Shown: positions 56,229-64,000 of the stretch, one piece after another
How positions within the stretch are numbered: position 1 is the first letter of the stretch
How the letters are laid out: every line of letters starts with the position of its first letter
Assembly: GCA_963704885.1 (NCBI GenBank)
Contig: CAVPIB010000001.1
Coordinates: 64,001-128,000, forward strand
Source of the DNA: an uncultured Actinomycetes bacterium
Lineage (GTDB): Bacteria; Actinomycetota; UBA4738; HRBIN12
DNA: 64,000 nucleotides
Reading direction: 5' to 3'
Position numbers and translations under genes: made by a program
Notes under the pieces: model-generated
The model's input: only the letters and a program-made list of their open reading frames with translations
What the model was told of the DNA's origin: nothing
Databases searched by the model: none

Positions 56229-57838
56229 ACGCGGATCTCGGGCCAGGCGACCCATGATGGTCCGAAGATCGTCTCGACCCTGACGAACCGCACCTGGATC
56301 GGCGCGCCCGGCGCGAACCGCAGGACGTCCCCTTGCGCCGTGAACCGTTCGAACTCCTTCACGAGCGTGAACACGCCGTCGTTGCCGGCGACCAGTAATC
56401 GGTGGTGGGTCTCACCTTCGGGGAATTGACCGACCAGCAGATCGATCTCCTGCGCGCTCTTCACACCACCCAGGTCGATCTGGATCCACTGCGGAGGATC
56501 GGCCCCCGCGCCCCACTGCGTCTCGACCAGGCCATCGATCGCGTTCGACGGTGGCTCCCCCGGGAGCGAGGTGGACGCGGTCGCGGTGCCGGACATCGCC
56601 ACGTTCGAAGGGATGTTCGCCTCGGAGCACGGGTCCGAACGCTCGGCGGGCGAGAGGACCCGGGCGATCGCGTCGCCACCCTCACGCGTTCCGAAGACCT
56701 CATCGTCCTTGTTCGCCCAGAGCCAAGACAGCCACCCCCGGAAGCCGAATGCACAGGAGTCGGCCTGCCACTGCGCGAGCTCCCACGCACCGACCCGCGG
56801 GTTGGGGTAGGCGAACCGGAACGCCCCGAACTCCCCCATCATCACGGGCTTGCTGACCGCGTCGGTGAGTCCGATCAAGGCGACCTGTGCCGCCAGGTCA
56901 TATCCCACGCCCGGGTACATGTGCAGATCGACCAGGTCCAACGACGACCGCTCCATCAATGCCCGCGACGGAACCACCCGGGCATCACCGGGGAACGACG
57001 CGAAGAATCCCATCGTGACGAGCGCACCCGGATCCAGTTGACGTATGGCGACGCGGGTCCGTGAGGCGCCCAGGCGCGTGTTCGACTCGACCATGGCAGC
57101 TCGATCGGCCGGGACCGCCATGTCGTAGGTCTCGCCGTCCGCCGTCGTAACCGACCCCGAGTCGAGCGACAGCGGCTCCACGTCGGCGAGCACGAACTGC
57201 TCCTGTTGAAGCTCGTAGGCCAAGATCACTTCGAGCGGCGCCCCCCGCGCCTTCAGCGCCCGCACCACCTCGGTCCAGTACTCCCGCAAGAGTGCGAGTC
57301 CCGCCTTCGTGAGCCACAAAGAGTTGCGGTACCCACCGAACGGCGAGCAGCAAGGCAACCTGTTCGAGTACCCGCGATCGGGGACATCGACGGAGGCGAG
57401 AAGCACCACGAGCCCATGAGACTTGGCGATCTTCAGGAAGCGAGAGATGTTCGCCGCGTAGGTCGGTCGGATCGACCCGCCCTTCGTCGAGATGCAGTCC
57501 ACCTGGCACAGGTCGATGAAGACCCGAACCGTGTTGTAGCCGAGGGCCTGCATCCGGCCGAGCTCGCGATCCACCGCCTTCGGGTCCCAATCACGCGGCC
57601 GGAAGAGGCCACTCGCCACATGATCCCCCTCGCGCACCTTCATGAGCAGGTTGGAACCGCGCGGGACGAACGTGTCCCCCGTCCTGCGATCGAAGAGTTC
57701 GCGACCACCGTCCCGCGAGCGCACCCCGATCCAGTGGGGGTTCGTTCCGGCCGCGCCCGACGACAGGGGCGCGGCCAACGCCGAGAGCGAGATGACTATG
57801 AAGAGAGCGACCGGCAGCTGTCGGCGTCGTGAGCGCAC
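56219..57838 (-). CDS. Secreted clan GH-A (GH5-like) glycoside hydrolase with C-terminal discoidin (F5/8 C) domain
   Basis: Signal peptide; GYNTVRVF, YELQQE, DLHMY, GEFG; NAIDG...W...QWIQIDLG, RFVRV. Confidence 0.78.
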   Translation of the reverse strand: MRSRRRQLPVALFIVISLSALAAPLSSGAAGTNPHWIGVRSRDGGRELFDRRTGDTFVPRGSNLLMKVREGDHVASGLFRPRDWDPKAVDRELGRMQALGYNTVRVFIDLCQVDCISTKGGSIRPTYAANISRFLKIAKSHGLVVLLASVDVPDRGYSNRLPCCSPFGGYRNSLWLTKAGLALLREYWTEVVRALKARGAPLEVILAYELQQEQFVLADVEPLSLDSGSVTTADGETYDMAVPADRAAMVESNTRLGASRTRVAIRQLDPGALVTMGFFASFPGDARVVPSRALMERSSLDLVDLHMYPGVGYDLAAQVALIGLTDAVSKPVMMGEFGAFRFAYPNPRVGAWELAQWQADSCAFGFRGWLSWLWANKDDEVFGTREGGDAIARVLSPAERSDPCSEANIPSNVAMSGTATASTSLPGEPPSNAIDGLVETQWGAGADPPQWIQIDLGGVKSAQEIDLLVGQFPEGETHHRLLVAGNDGVFTLVKEFERFTAQGDVLRFAPGAPIQVRFVRVETIFGPSWVAWPEIRVYA

Positions 57839-57897
57839 CAGCCAAGGATATCGAGTCACGTCATCCGGCCGCACGAGCTCGAGCCGTCAGGTGAGCT

Positions 57898-58353
57898 CTA
57901 GCCCACCGGAGGATGATCCGGCAGCGGGCCGGGATCCTCACCGGCGGCCAAGGCCGTCAGCCGTCCGGTGAAGAAGCGCCACCCTTCCTCGTGCATGGCA
58001 GCCGCCTGCCCATCCGGGAGCCCTGTGTGACGGAGCGAGAGCACCGTCCCCTCGCCGTCGGCCTCGAGCGTGAGTTCCACCGTCGTCGATCCGGGTGGGA
58101 CATCGTCGTTCCCCTCCCATCCCCATGTGAAGACCAATCGTTCAGGTGACTTGACCTCCACGTATTCGCCTCGGGCGACCGTGTTCGCGTCCATCCACAC
58201 CCGGTAGATACCCCCCGGGCGCGGGTCGAGTTCGGCCTTCACTCCCTGCCATCGGACGTACCGCTCGGCGTCGGTCAGGAAGAGGAAGACCTCGTCGGGC
58301 GGCGCGCCGAGCAGCACCTGGAGCTCTACGACCCTCGCCGGATCCGATGTCAT
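57898..58353 (-). CDS. SRPBCC family protein
   Basis: PERLVFTWGW, HEEGW. Confidence 0.9.
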   Translation of the reverse strand: MTSDPARVVELQVLLGAPPDEVFLFLTDAERYVRWQGVKAELDPRPGGIYRVWMDANTVARGEYVEVKSPERLVFTWGWEGNDDVPPGSTTVELTLEADGEGTVLSLRHTGLPDGQAAAMHEEGWRFFTGRLTALAAGEDPGPLPDHPPVG

Positions 58354-58643
58354 CGTTCCTCCACGACGCGCCGCAACCTATCCAGATCCTGCGCCCACAT
58401 CTCCTCCAGCACTGCTCGCAGCGAACCGAGAGCCTGAGGATCCGCGCGATAGTAGCGACGGTTCGCATCGCGTCGTTCCACGAGGAGACCGGCCTTGCGC
58501 AGGACCGCGAGGTTCTGCGATATCGCCGGGAAGCTCACGTCGAACCGCGAGGCGATATCTCCCGCAGAGAGTTCGCTCTCCCAAACCAGCCGCAGGATCT
58601 CGCGGCGACGGGGGCTGGATATGGCGTCGATCACGGCCTGCAC
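58350..58643 (-). CDS. ArsR/SmtB regulator
   Basis: SPRRREIL, AISQNLAVLRKAGL. Confidence 0.9.
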   Translation of the reverse strand: MQAVIDAISSPRRREILRLVWESELSAGDIASRFDVSFPAISQNLAVLRKAGLLVERRDANRRYYRADPQALGSLRAVLEEMWAQDLDRLRRVVEER

Positions 58644-58730
58644 GCTGGGTAGTTAAGCACATCCTTCAGGTTGACAGAAGGTTTAGAGATGTCTTAAATA
58701 CTCCCAACGCCTATCTGGAGGGAGCAGGAG

Positions 58731-59165
58731 ATGAGCAGAGACATCATCCACGGGATCGAGATCCACTCCGAGCCGAAGACCGTCTACGACACGATCGCCA
58801 CACGTTCGGGCCTCGCTGCGTTCTGGACACCCGACGTAGAGGGCGACGAGTCAGAAGGCGGGGAGTTGACTTTCGGATTCACCGGCGCACCGATCCGGAT
58901 GCCGATACACGTCGCCCGGTTGGATGCGCCGAACCAGGTCGCCTGGGACTGCCCCGCCGGGTACCCGTTCTGGGAAGGCACGACGGTGTCGTGGGCGCTC
59001 GAACCGAGCGAGCACGGCACAAAGGTCCTATTCCGTCACGCAGGGTTCTCCGACGAGCAGTCCGAGTACGACTTCGGCAGCGTCAGCCTGACGTGGGGAA
59101 CTATCGTCGCGCGGCTGAAGGAAGTCGTGGAATCGGGCGGCACACCCAACCCCGCCTTGTCGTGA
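58731..59165 (+). CDS. SRPBCC family protein
   Basis: GLAAFWT, WEGT, FRH; strong SD. Confidence 0.88.
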   Translation: MSRDIIHGIEIHSEPKTVYDTIATRSGLAAFWTPDVEGDESEGGELTFGFTGAPIRMPIHVARLDAPNQVAWDCPAGYPFWEGTTVSWALEPSEHGTKVLFRHAGFSDEQSEYDFGSVSLTWGTIVARLKEVVESGGTPNPALS

Positions 59166-59599
59166 ACCTCGACGTAACCGCGAAGACGGTGATCGCCCGG
59201 CCGCGCCACGGTGTGGCGGCCTACGTCTTCGACAACAGGAACGATCCGATCTGGATCGGCGGTATCTCCGAGTCGGAGCTTCAGGGGGAACCGCCGATCC
59301 GGGTGGGATCGCGCGTCCGTCGCGTGGCCTCGTTCTTGGGCAAACGGATCGAGTACATCAACGAGGTCGACAGCCTGGATCCAGGCACGCTGCTCGAGAT
59401 GCATTCGGTGAAGAGTCCTTTCCCCATGCGGGTGACGTACGCTTTCGCCGACGGAGGCGACGAGACGACGATCGCCAGGATCCGCGTACAGGGCGATCCG
59501 GGGAAGGTATACCGCGTGGCCGGTCCGCTGATGCGCAAACAGGTGCATCGGTCGATCTCACGAGATCTGGCGAGATTGAAGTCGCTCATGGAGCGCTGA
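59162..59599 (+). CDS. SRPBCC/polyketide cyclase-like protein
   Basis: NDPIW, PFPMRVTY, DLARLKSLME; GTGA overlap. Confidence 0.85.
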   Translation: MNLDVTAKTVIARPRHGVAAYVFDNRNDPIWIGGISESELQGEPPIRVGSRVRRVASFLGKRIEYINEVDSLDPGTLLEMHSVKSPFPMRVTYAFADGGDETTIARIRVQGDPGKVYRVAGPLMRKQVHRSISRDLARLKSLMER

Positions 59600-61025
59600 C
59601 CGGCGAACCGGTTCGCTCGGACACCGGGAGACGAACGGTGAAGACGCTACCGACGTCGGGGCGGCTCTCGACGTCGATCGACCCGCCCAACTCCGCGGCA
59701 AGCTCTCGGCACAGATGAAGGCCGAGTCCGACCCCGCCTACCCTGCGGGTCGAGCTCTGATCGAGCTGGTGGAATCGGTCGAAGATCGCCATCACGTCGG
59801 TTGACGCGATACCGACGCCCTCGTCCCTGACGGACAGTTCGAGCTCGCCCGCCGAGACCCTTGCCTCGACCTCGACGCGGGAGCTCGGATCCGAGTACTT
59901 CAACGCGTTCTCGATCAGGTTCGACATCATCACGTCGAGACGCTCCCCATCGGTTCGGATCGGACCGATGTCGTCCAGTCCGACCAGATCCACGCGATCC
60001 GGTCCGTCCGGCAACCCAGCCACCACTCCCCCGATCGTCTCGGCGACGTCGACCGTGCCGACGCTCACGGGCCAGGATTCGTCCTCCAGATGCGCCGCGC
60101 GCAGGAGGTTCCGCGTAAGCCGGAACAGGCGCTCGGATTGCTGCCGCGCCGAGCGCGCGAACTCGACCCGTAGTGCGAGATCGTCCAGGACGTCTGGCTG
60201 CTCCAAGGTCCGGAGGTTGCCGATCATGGTGGTGAGCGGCGTCCGCAGCTCGTGAGAGGCAGCCGCGACGAAATCGTCCTTCATCCTGTTCAGGGTCGTG
60301 AGTTCCTTCACGGTCTCCTGCTCCTGCGCCAGGAGGCGTTGGAGCTGCTCCGCTTGAGCCCCCAGCTCTCGGTTGCGATCGCGCAGGGTTCGCGAGACAC
60401 CGCGGACGATGGGGAGCAGCACGGCGTACAGCAGGAGGAGGCCGATCCCGAAGGTCACGGCCAGCCCTCGCAGGATGCCATCGATGTCCCCTTGGATCAC
60501 CGAGTACCGCTGGAATACCTCCACTACCACAGCGACCTCGTCGCCCCGGAGGATCGGCACATAGGTCCGGAAAAGGTTCTCCTCGATCCCAAGTTCCGTG
60601 GCGTTGGCGGGACCCGAGAGGTCGGCGACGTTGCTGCTGATCTCACCGTCGAAGGCGATGCGGAGGTCTGGGATCTGGTCGGTGAACCGACGGCCGATCA
60701 GGGTCGGTTCGTCGGCCCACAGGACTTCTCCGTCGACGGTCCAGATCTTGATGCGCACGTCGCGGCCCTGCGCCCGGATAACGCCGGCCAAGTCATCCAG
60801 ATTGGAGGCTACGTCGGCCGGGAGCGGTCCAGTTAGGGGTGTGTCACCGATCGAAGGCCAGAGGACCACGCGGGCGATGAACATGGCGTGGAAGGTGGCG
60901 ACGTCCTCCGCGCGGGAGGTCGCGATACGGGTCGTGACCAGGCCGACCGCCAACGCCGTGACGACGAACGCCGCCAGGCCCGCGAGCGCGAACCTGGGGA
61001 CCAACCTGGATCGGGACGCCGACAT
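59586..61025 (-). CDS. Membrane sensor histidine kinase (no adjacent response regulator)
   Basis: Two TM helices; SHELRTPL, NLIENALKY, DEGVGI, GVGLGL. Confidence 0.93.
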   Translation of the reverse strand: MSASRSRLVPRFALAGLAAFVVTALAVGLVTTRIATSRAEDVATFHAMFIARVVLWPSIGDTPLTGPLPADVASNLDDLAGVIRAQGRDVRIKIWTVDGEVLWADEPTLIGRRFTDQIPDLRIAFDGEISSNVADLSGPANATELGIEENLFRTYVPILRGDEVAVVVEVFQRYSVIQGDIDGILRGLAVTFGIGLLLLYAVLLPIVRGVSRTLRDRNRELGAQAEQLQRLLAQEQETVKELTTLNRMKDDFVAAASHELRTPLTTMIGNLRTLEQPDVLDDLALRVEFARSARQQSERLFRLTRNLLRAAHLEDESWPVSVGTVDVAETIGGVVAGLPDGPDRVDLVGLDDIGPIRTDGERLDVMMSNLIENALKYSDPSSRVEVEARVSAGELELSVRDEGVGIASTDVMAIFDRFHQLDQSSTRRVGGVGLGLHLCRELAAELGGSIDVESRPDVGSVFTVRLPVSERTGSPVSAP

Positions 61026-61139
61026 GCCAGCAACCTCCGCCTTAGGAACCTCATCGGTCGAGGGCCGCAGACCCTGAAGCGGACACCCCGGCGTCGTCCC
61101 GGGTCGATCAAGCGCCACGGAGGCGGAGGACCACGTTCA

Positions 61140-62294
61140 CTACTTCTTCGCGACGTGAGAGATCCTCTTCAGGCAGACATCGCCCGAGAGGAGGGTGGCC
61201 TTCCTCGCGATCGCCCGGTACTTGCCCGGATCGACGAGACCTCCGGCCCTGAACGAACCGTTGACCCTGGTCAGGAGTACGGCTACTGCGTGCCACTGGT
61301 GATCCTCGAGATGCTGGAGGCGAACGGGGACCTCAGATGCACACCCCGCGAACCCGTCGACGACCCGGATCTTGCCCTTGCCCTTCTTCCCGGTGAGCGT
61401 GAGCGACACTTCGCGCGCATGTTTCACCGTGAAGTCGGCGGAGCTCACCGACGTACCGGCGGGCCCCACTACCGAGATCGGGCCGGTGCCTGCGCCATCG
61501 GGGACCGTCACGGTGATCTGTGCATCGGAAACGACCATGAACGTCGTCGCCGGGATCGCGCCGAATCTGACCGCCGTCGCTCCCGTGAACCCAGAGCCAC
61601 TGACGGCCACCAAGGAACCCACGACGCCTCTGGTCGGTGCGAACGCAGTGACGTCGGGCTCCGCGAGGACCGTGAAGTCGGTGGAGCTGATGCCGGTGCT
61701 CACGGGCGTGGTGACCGCGATCTTTCCGGTCGTCGCACCCGACGGGACCGTGACCGTGATCTGCGTGCCCGAGTCGACCGCGAACGACGTAGCCGACGTC
61801 GAGTTGAACGTGACCCCCGTCGCGTTGCAGAAGTTGGTGCCTGTGATCACCACATCCGTCACACCCATAGCTCCCAGCGTTGGGCTGAACGACGCTACGG
61901 TCGGGGCTCCGGCCAGAGCGACCGTGAAGTCTTTCGAACCGCCCGATGTCGCGTTGATGACCGTCACGTTGCCCGTCTGCGCCCCGCAGGGCACAGCGGT
62001 CGTGATCGTGGTGTTGCTCACGATCACGAACGGGGCGCTCACGTCGACCGCTGCGCTTCGGAACTCGACGATCGTCACGGGCGGGTTGTCGAAGTTGCTC
62101 CCGGTGATCGTCACCGGGGTTCCGGGCGCACCGTTGTCAGGGGACAGCGAGGCGATGAACGGAGTGAGGGCGATGGCTGGGGGCGCAGTGACCACGAGCG
62201 TTGCCACCACACCGAGTGCGGCGGTCAGCCTCGCCGCCTTGATCGTGCGCTTCGACCCTTGGCCCTTCGCATAGACGCGATCCAACATCGCCAC
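61140..62294 (-). CDS. Secreted IPT/TIG repeat protein
   Basis: Signal peptide; three repeats of SP..G..G..VTITG..F...V.F...ITVTVP.GA.TG.I.V. Confidence 0.85.
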   Translation of the reverse strand: MAMLDRVYAKGQGSKRTIKAARLTAALGVVATLVVTAPPAIALTPFIASLSPDNGAPGTPVTITGSNFDNPPVTIVEFRSAAVDVSAPFVIVSNTTITTAVPCGAQTGNVTVINATSGGSKDFTVALAGAPTVASFSPTLGAMGVTDVVITGTNFCNATGVTFNSTSATSFAVDSGTQITVTVPSGATTGKIAVTTPVSTGISSTDFTVLAEPDVTAFAPTRGVVGSLVAVSGSGFTGATAVRFGAIPATTFMVVSDAQITVTVPDGAGTGPISVVGPAGTSVSSADFTVKHAREVSLTLTGKKGKGKIRVVDGFAGCASEVPVRLQHLEDHQWHAVAVLLTRVNGSFRAGGLVDPGKYRAIARKATLLSGDVCLKRISHVAKK

Positions 62295-62416
62295 CCTCCC
62301 TCGATCCGTGACCGTGAGTGAATCCGCCGCCCGGTGCGTGCGGGCACAGGGAGGGCGAGCGACACTAGTCAGCGGGCCGCCGGCAAGTCGATCCGCCGCG
62401 AGGCAGTAACCGAAGC

Positions 62417-63787
62417 TCAGGGCACGATGTTCTGATTCAGGTGGAACAGGTTGCCCGGATCGTAGGTCCGCTTGACCTCGACCAGCCGCTCGTAGTTCGG
62501 GCCGTAATTGGCCTTGATCCGCTCCTGGTCATCGCCTGCCATGAAGTTGATGTAGCCGCCTTCCTCGGAGTGAGGCGCCGTGGCGTCGTAGTAGTCGCGC
62601 ACCCACTTGGTGTTCGCGTCGTTCTGCGCGGGATCCGGCCACATCCCCGCGATCACCGTTGCGAAGTTCGCGTTCCTGTAGGAGAAGGCCGTCGCGTCGG
62701 CCGCCACATCGTGGCACGCGCCGTTGATCGGGTAGATGTGCACGGTGGAGTTCACGACCGGCACCGCGGGTCCGTGCTGCACATGCGCGTCGATGATGTC
62801 GTCGCTGAGCTCGGTGACGAAGCTCGCCTTCCAGTAGTGCTGCAGACCGGGCGGCACCAGCGCATCGAACGCGCTATTGAGAGCCGGGTACGGCATGACG
62901 CCGACGTGCTCGGCAACTACAGGCGCGACGTCGTGCAGCGACTTCAGCATGCCCTCGCCCTTATCGACAGGACCCGCCCAGCACGCCACGAAAGCGATCA
63001 ATGTGTCACCGTGTCGCTCCTCAGGGATGAAGGGCAGAGGCGGCGCGATCTGGAACGCGGGGAACCCGCCGAACTCCCGAGGCGCGTCGGCGATGAACTC
63101 CCGGTACCAGCGGAGCAGGTCGCCGACCGCCGACAGTTCGAAGAACATAGGCCCGCCGTAGATATCGCTGACCGGGTGCAGCTTGTACTCGAGCGCCGTG
63201 ACCACGCCGAAGTTCCCGCCGCCGCCGCGGATCGCCCAGAAGAGGTCCTGGTTCTCGCGGTCGCTCGCGATCAGGAATCGGCCGTCCGCGGTGACCACGT
63301 CGACCGAGATCAGGTTGTCGAGCGACAGGCCGTGGCCGCGCGAGAGATAGCCGATGCCGCCGCCGAGCGTGAGTCCGGCGACACCGGTGGTCGAGATGAT
63401 CCCACCCGTGGTCGCCAGGCCGAACGCACCGGTGGCGGCGTTGAAGTCGCCCCAGGTGGCTCCGCCCTCGGCGCGCGCCGTCCGCGCCCCGGGGTCGACA
63501 CGGACGCCGCGCATGCCGGACAAGTCGATCACCACGCCGTCGTCGCAGGTGCCGAACCCGGGCACGCTGTGCCCACCGCCACGGACGGCCAGGTCGACAC
63601 CGGCCTCGCGCGCGAAGTTCACGGCCGACATGACGTCGCCCGCGTTGGCGGCCCGAACAACGACGGCCGGCCGGCGGTCGATCATCGCGTTGTGGACCGC
63701 GCGTGCCTGGTCGTAGCCGTCGTCCTGCGGGCCGATGATCGGCCCTCGGACCTTTTCCCGTAGCTCATCGATCGTGTTTGCGCTCAT
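62417..63787 (-). CDS. FAD-binding oxidoreductase (berberine-bridge/VAO family)
   Basis: RGGGHS covalent FAD motif, DLFWAIRGGGGNFGVVT, YINF, YDPGNLF. Confidence 0.93.
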   Translation of the reverse strand: MSANTIDELREKVRGPIIGPQDDGYDQARAVHNAMIDRRPAVVVRAANAGDVMSAVNFAREAGVDLAVRGGGHSVPGFGTCDDGVVIDLSGMRGVRVDPGARTARAEGGATWGDFNAATGAFGLATTGGIISTTGVAGLTLGGGIGYLSRGHGLSLDNLISVDVVTADGRFLIASDRENQDLFWAIRGGGGNFGVVTALEYKLHPVSDIYGGPMFFELSAVGDLLRWYREFIADAPREFGGFPAFQIAPPLPFIPEERHGDTLIAFVACWAGPVDKGEGMLKSLHDVAPVVAEHVGVMPYPALNSAFDALVPPGLQHYWKASFVTELSDDIIDAHVQHGPAVPVVNSTVHIYPINGACHDVAADATAFSYRNANFATVIAGMWPDPAQNDANTKWVRDYYDATAPHSEEGGYINFMAGDDQERIKANYGPNYERLVEVKRTYDPGNLFHLNQNIVP

Positions 63788-63898
63788 GTCCCCCCCTTCG
63801 TCGGAGCTTCAGCCTGAACGCATGCCCGGTGGGGCGCAACCTCGTCAGGCGCCGCGGTCTATGCTCGCCGAACGAAGTCAACCGAAGAGGAGGTCAAG

Positions 63899-64000
63899 AT
63901 GTACGGAACGGTAGCCAGGACACGCGTCAAGCCCGAGAACCGCCAGAAGCTCGGCGAAGCCATGGCTCGACAGGACGAAGCAGCAGTGCCGGGATACGTG
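63899..64000 (+). CDS. Partial ABM-like (dimeric barrel) protein
   Basis: SD GAGGAGG then MYGTVARTRVKPEN...; truncated by the window end. Confidence 0.55.
   Translation, partial: MYGTVARTRVKPENRQKLGEAMARQDEAAVPGYV

Noticed and set aside
38622-59599. Integron cassette array
   Set aside because: No integrase, genes lie in both orientations, and I found no recurring attC-like RYYYAAC...GTTRRRY sites.
62295-62416. Riboswitch in the leader of the IPT/TIG gene
   Set aside because: GC-rich, but I recognise no conserved aptamer motif.

Overview
High-GC actinobacterial chromosome segment with no rRNA, intact tRNA, CRISPR array, transposase or integrase. 1-11 kb: flippase, two ABC-2 exporters, flavodoxin, Tag-like glycosylase and a LuxR/flavin monooxygenase pair. 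11-28 kb: an uncharacterised catabolic operon (three amidohydrolases, one fused to a sugar-type ABC permease; atypical M24 hydrolase; E1 alpha/beta without E2/E3; bicupin; dehydrogenases) with a divergent XRE-cupin regulator. 33-37.8 kb: a visibly lower-GC island with a reverse transcriptase carrying a helical C-terminal extension, head-to-head with a membrane-anchored KAP-type P-loop NTPase. This is the best candidate for an undescribed antiphage system, but both genes are split by many single-base frameshifts. 38-64 kb: an accessory tract downstream of a tipA-like merR gene, with VapBC pairs, Fic, a TOPRIM protein, three ArsR-SRPBCC modules and detoxification enzymes, interspersed with degenerate relics of the merR 3' region. 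Two copies of a 137-bp element with four regularly spaced palindromes lie at 3.8 kb and 11.1 kb. Scattered 1-nt frameshifts suggest assembly indel errors, so pseudogene status is uncertain. All family assignments come from motif recognition by eye; no searches were run.
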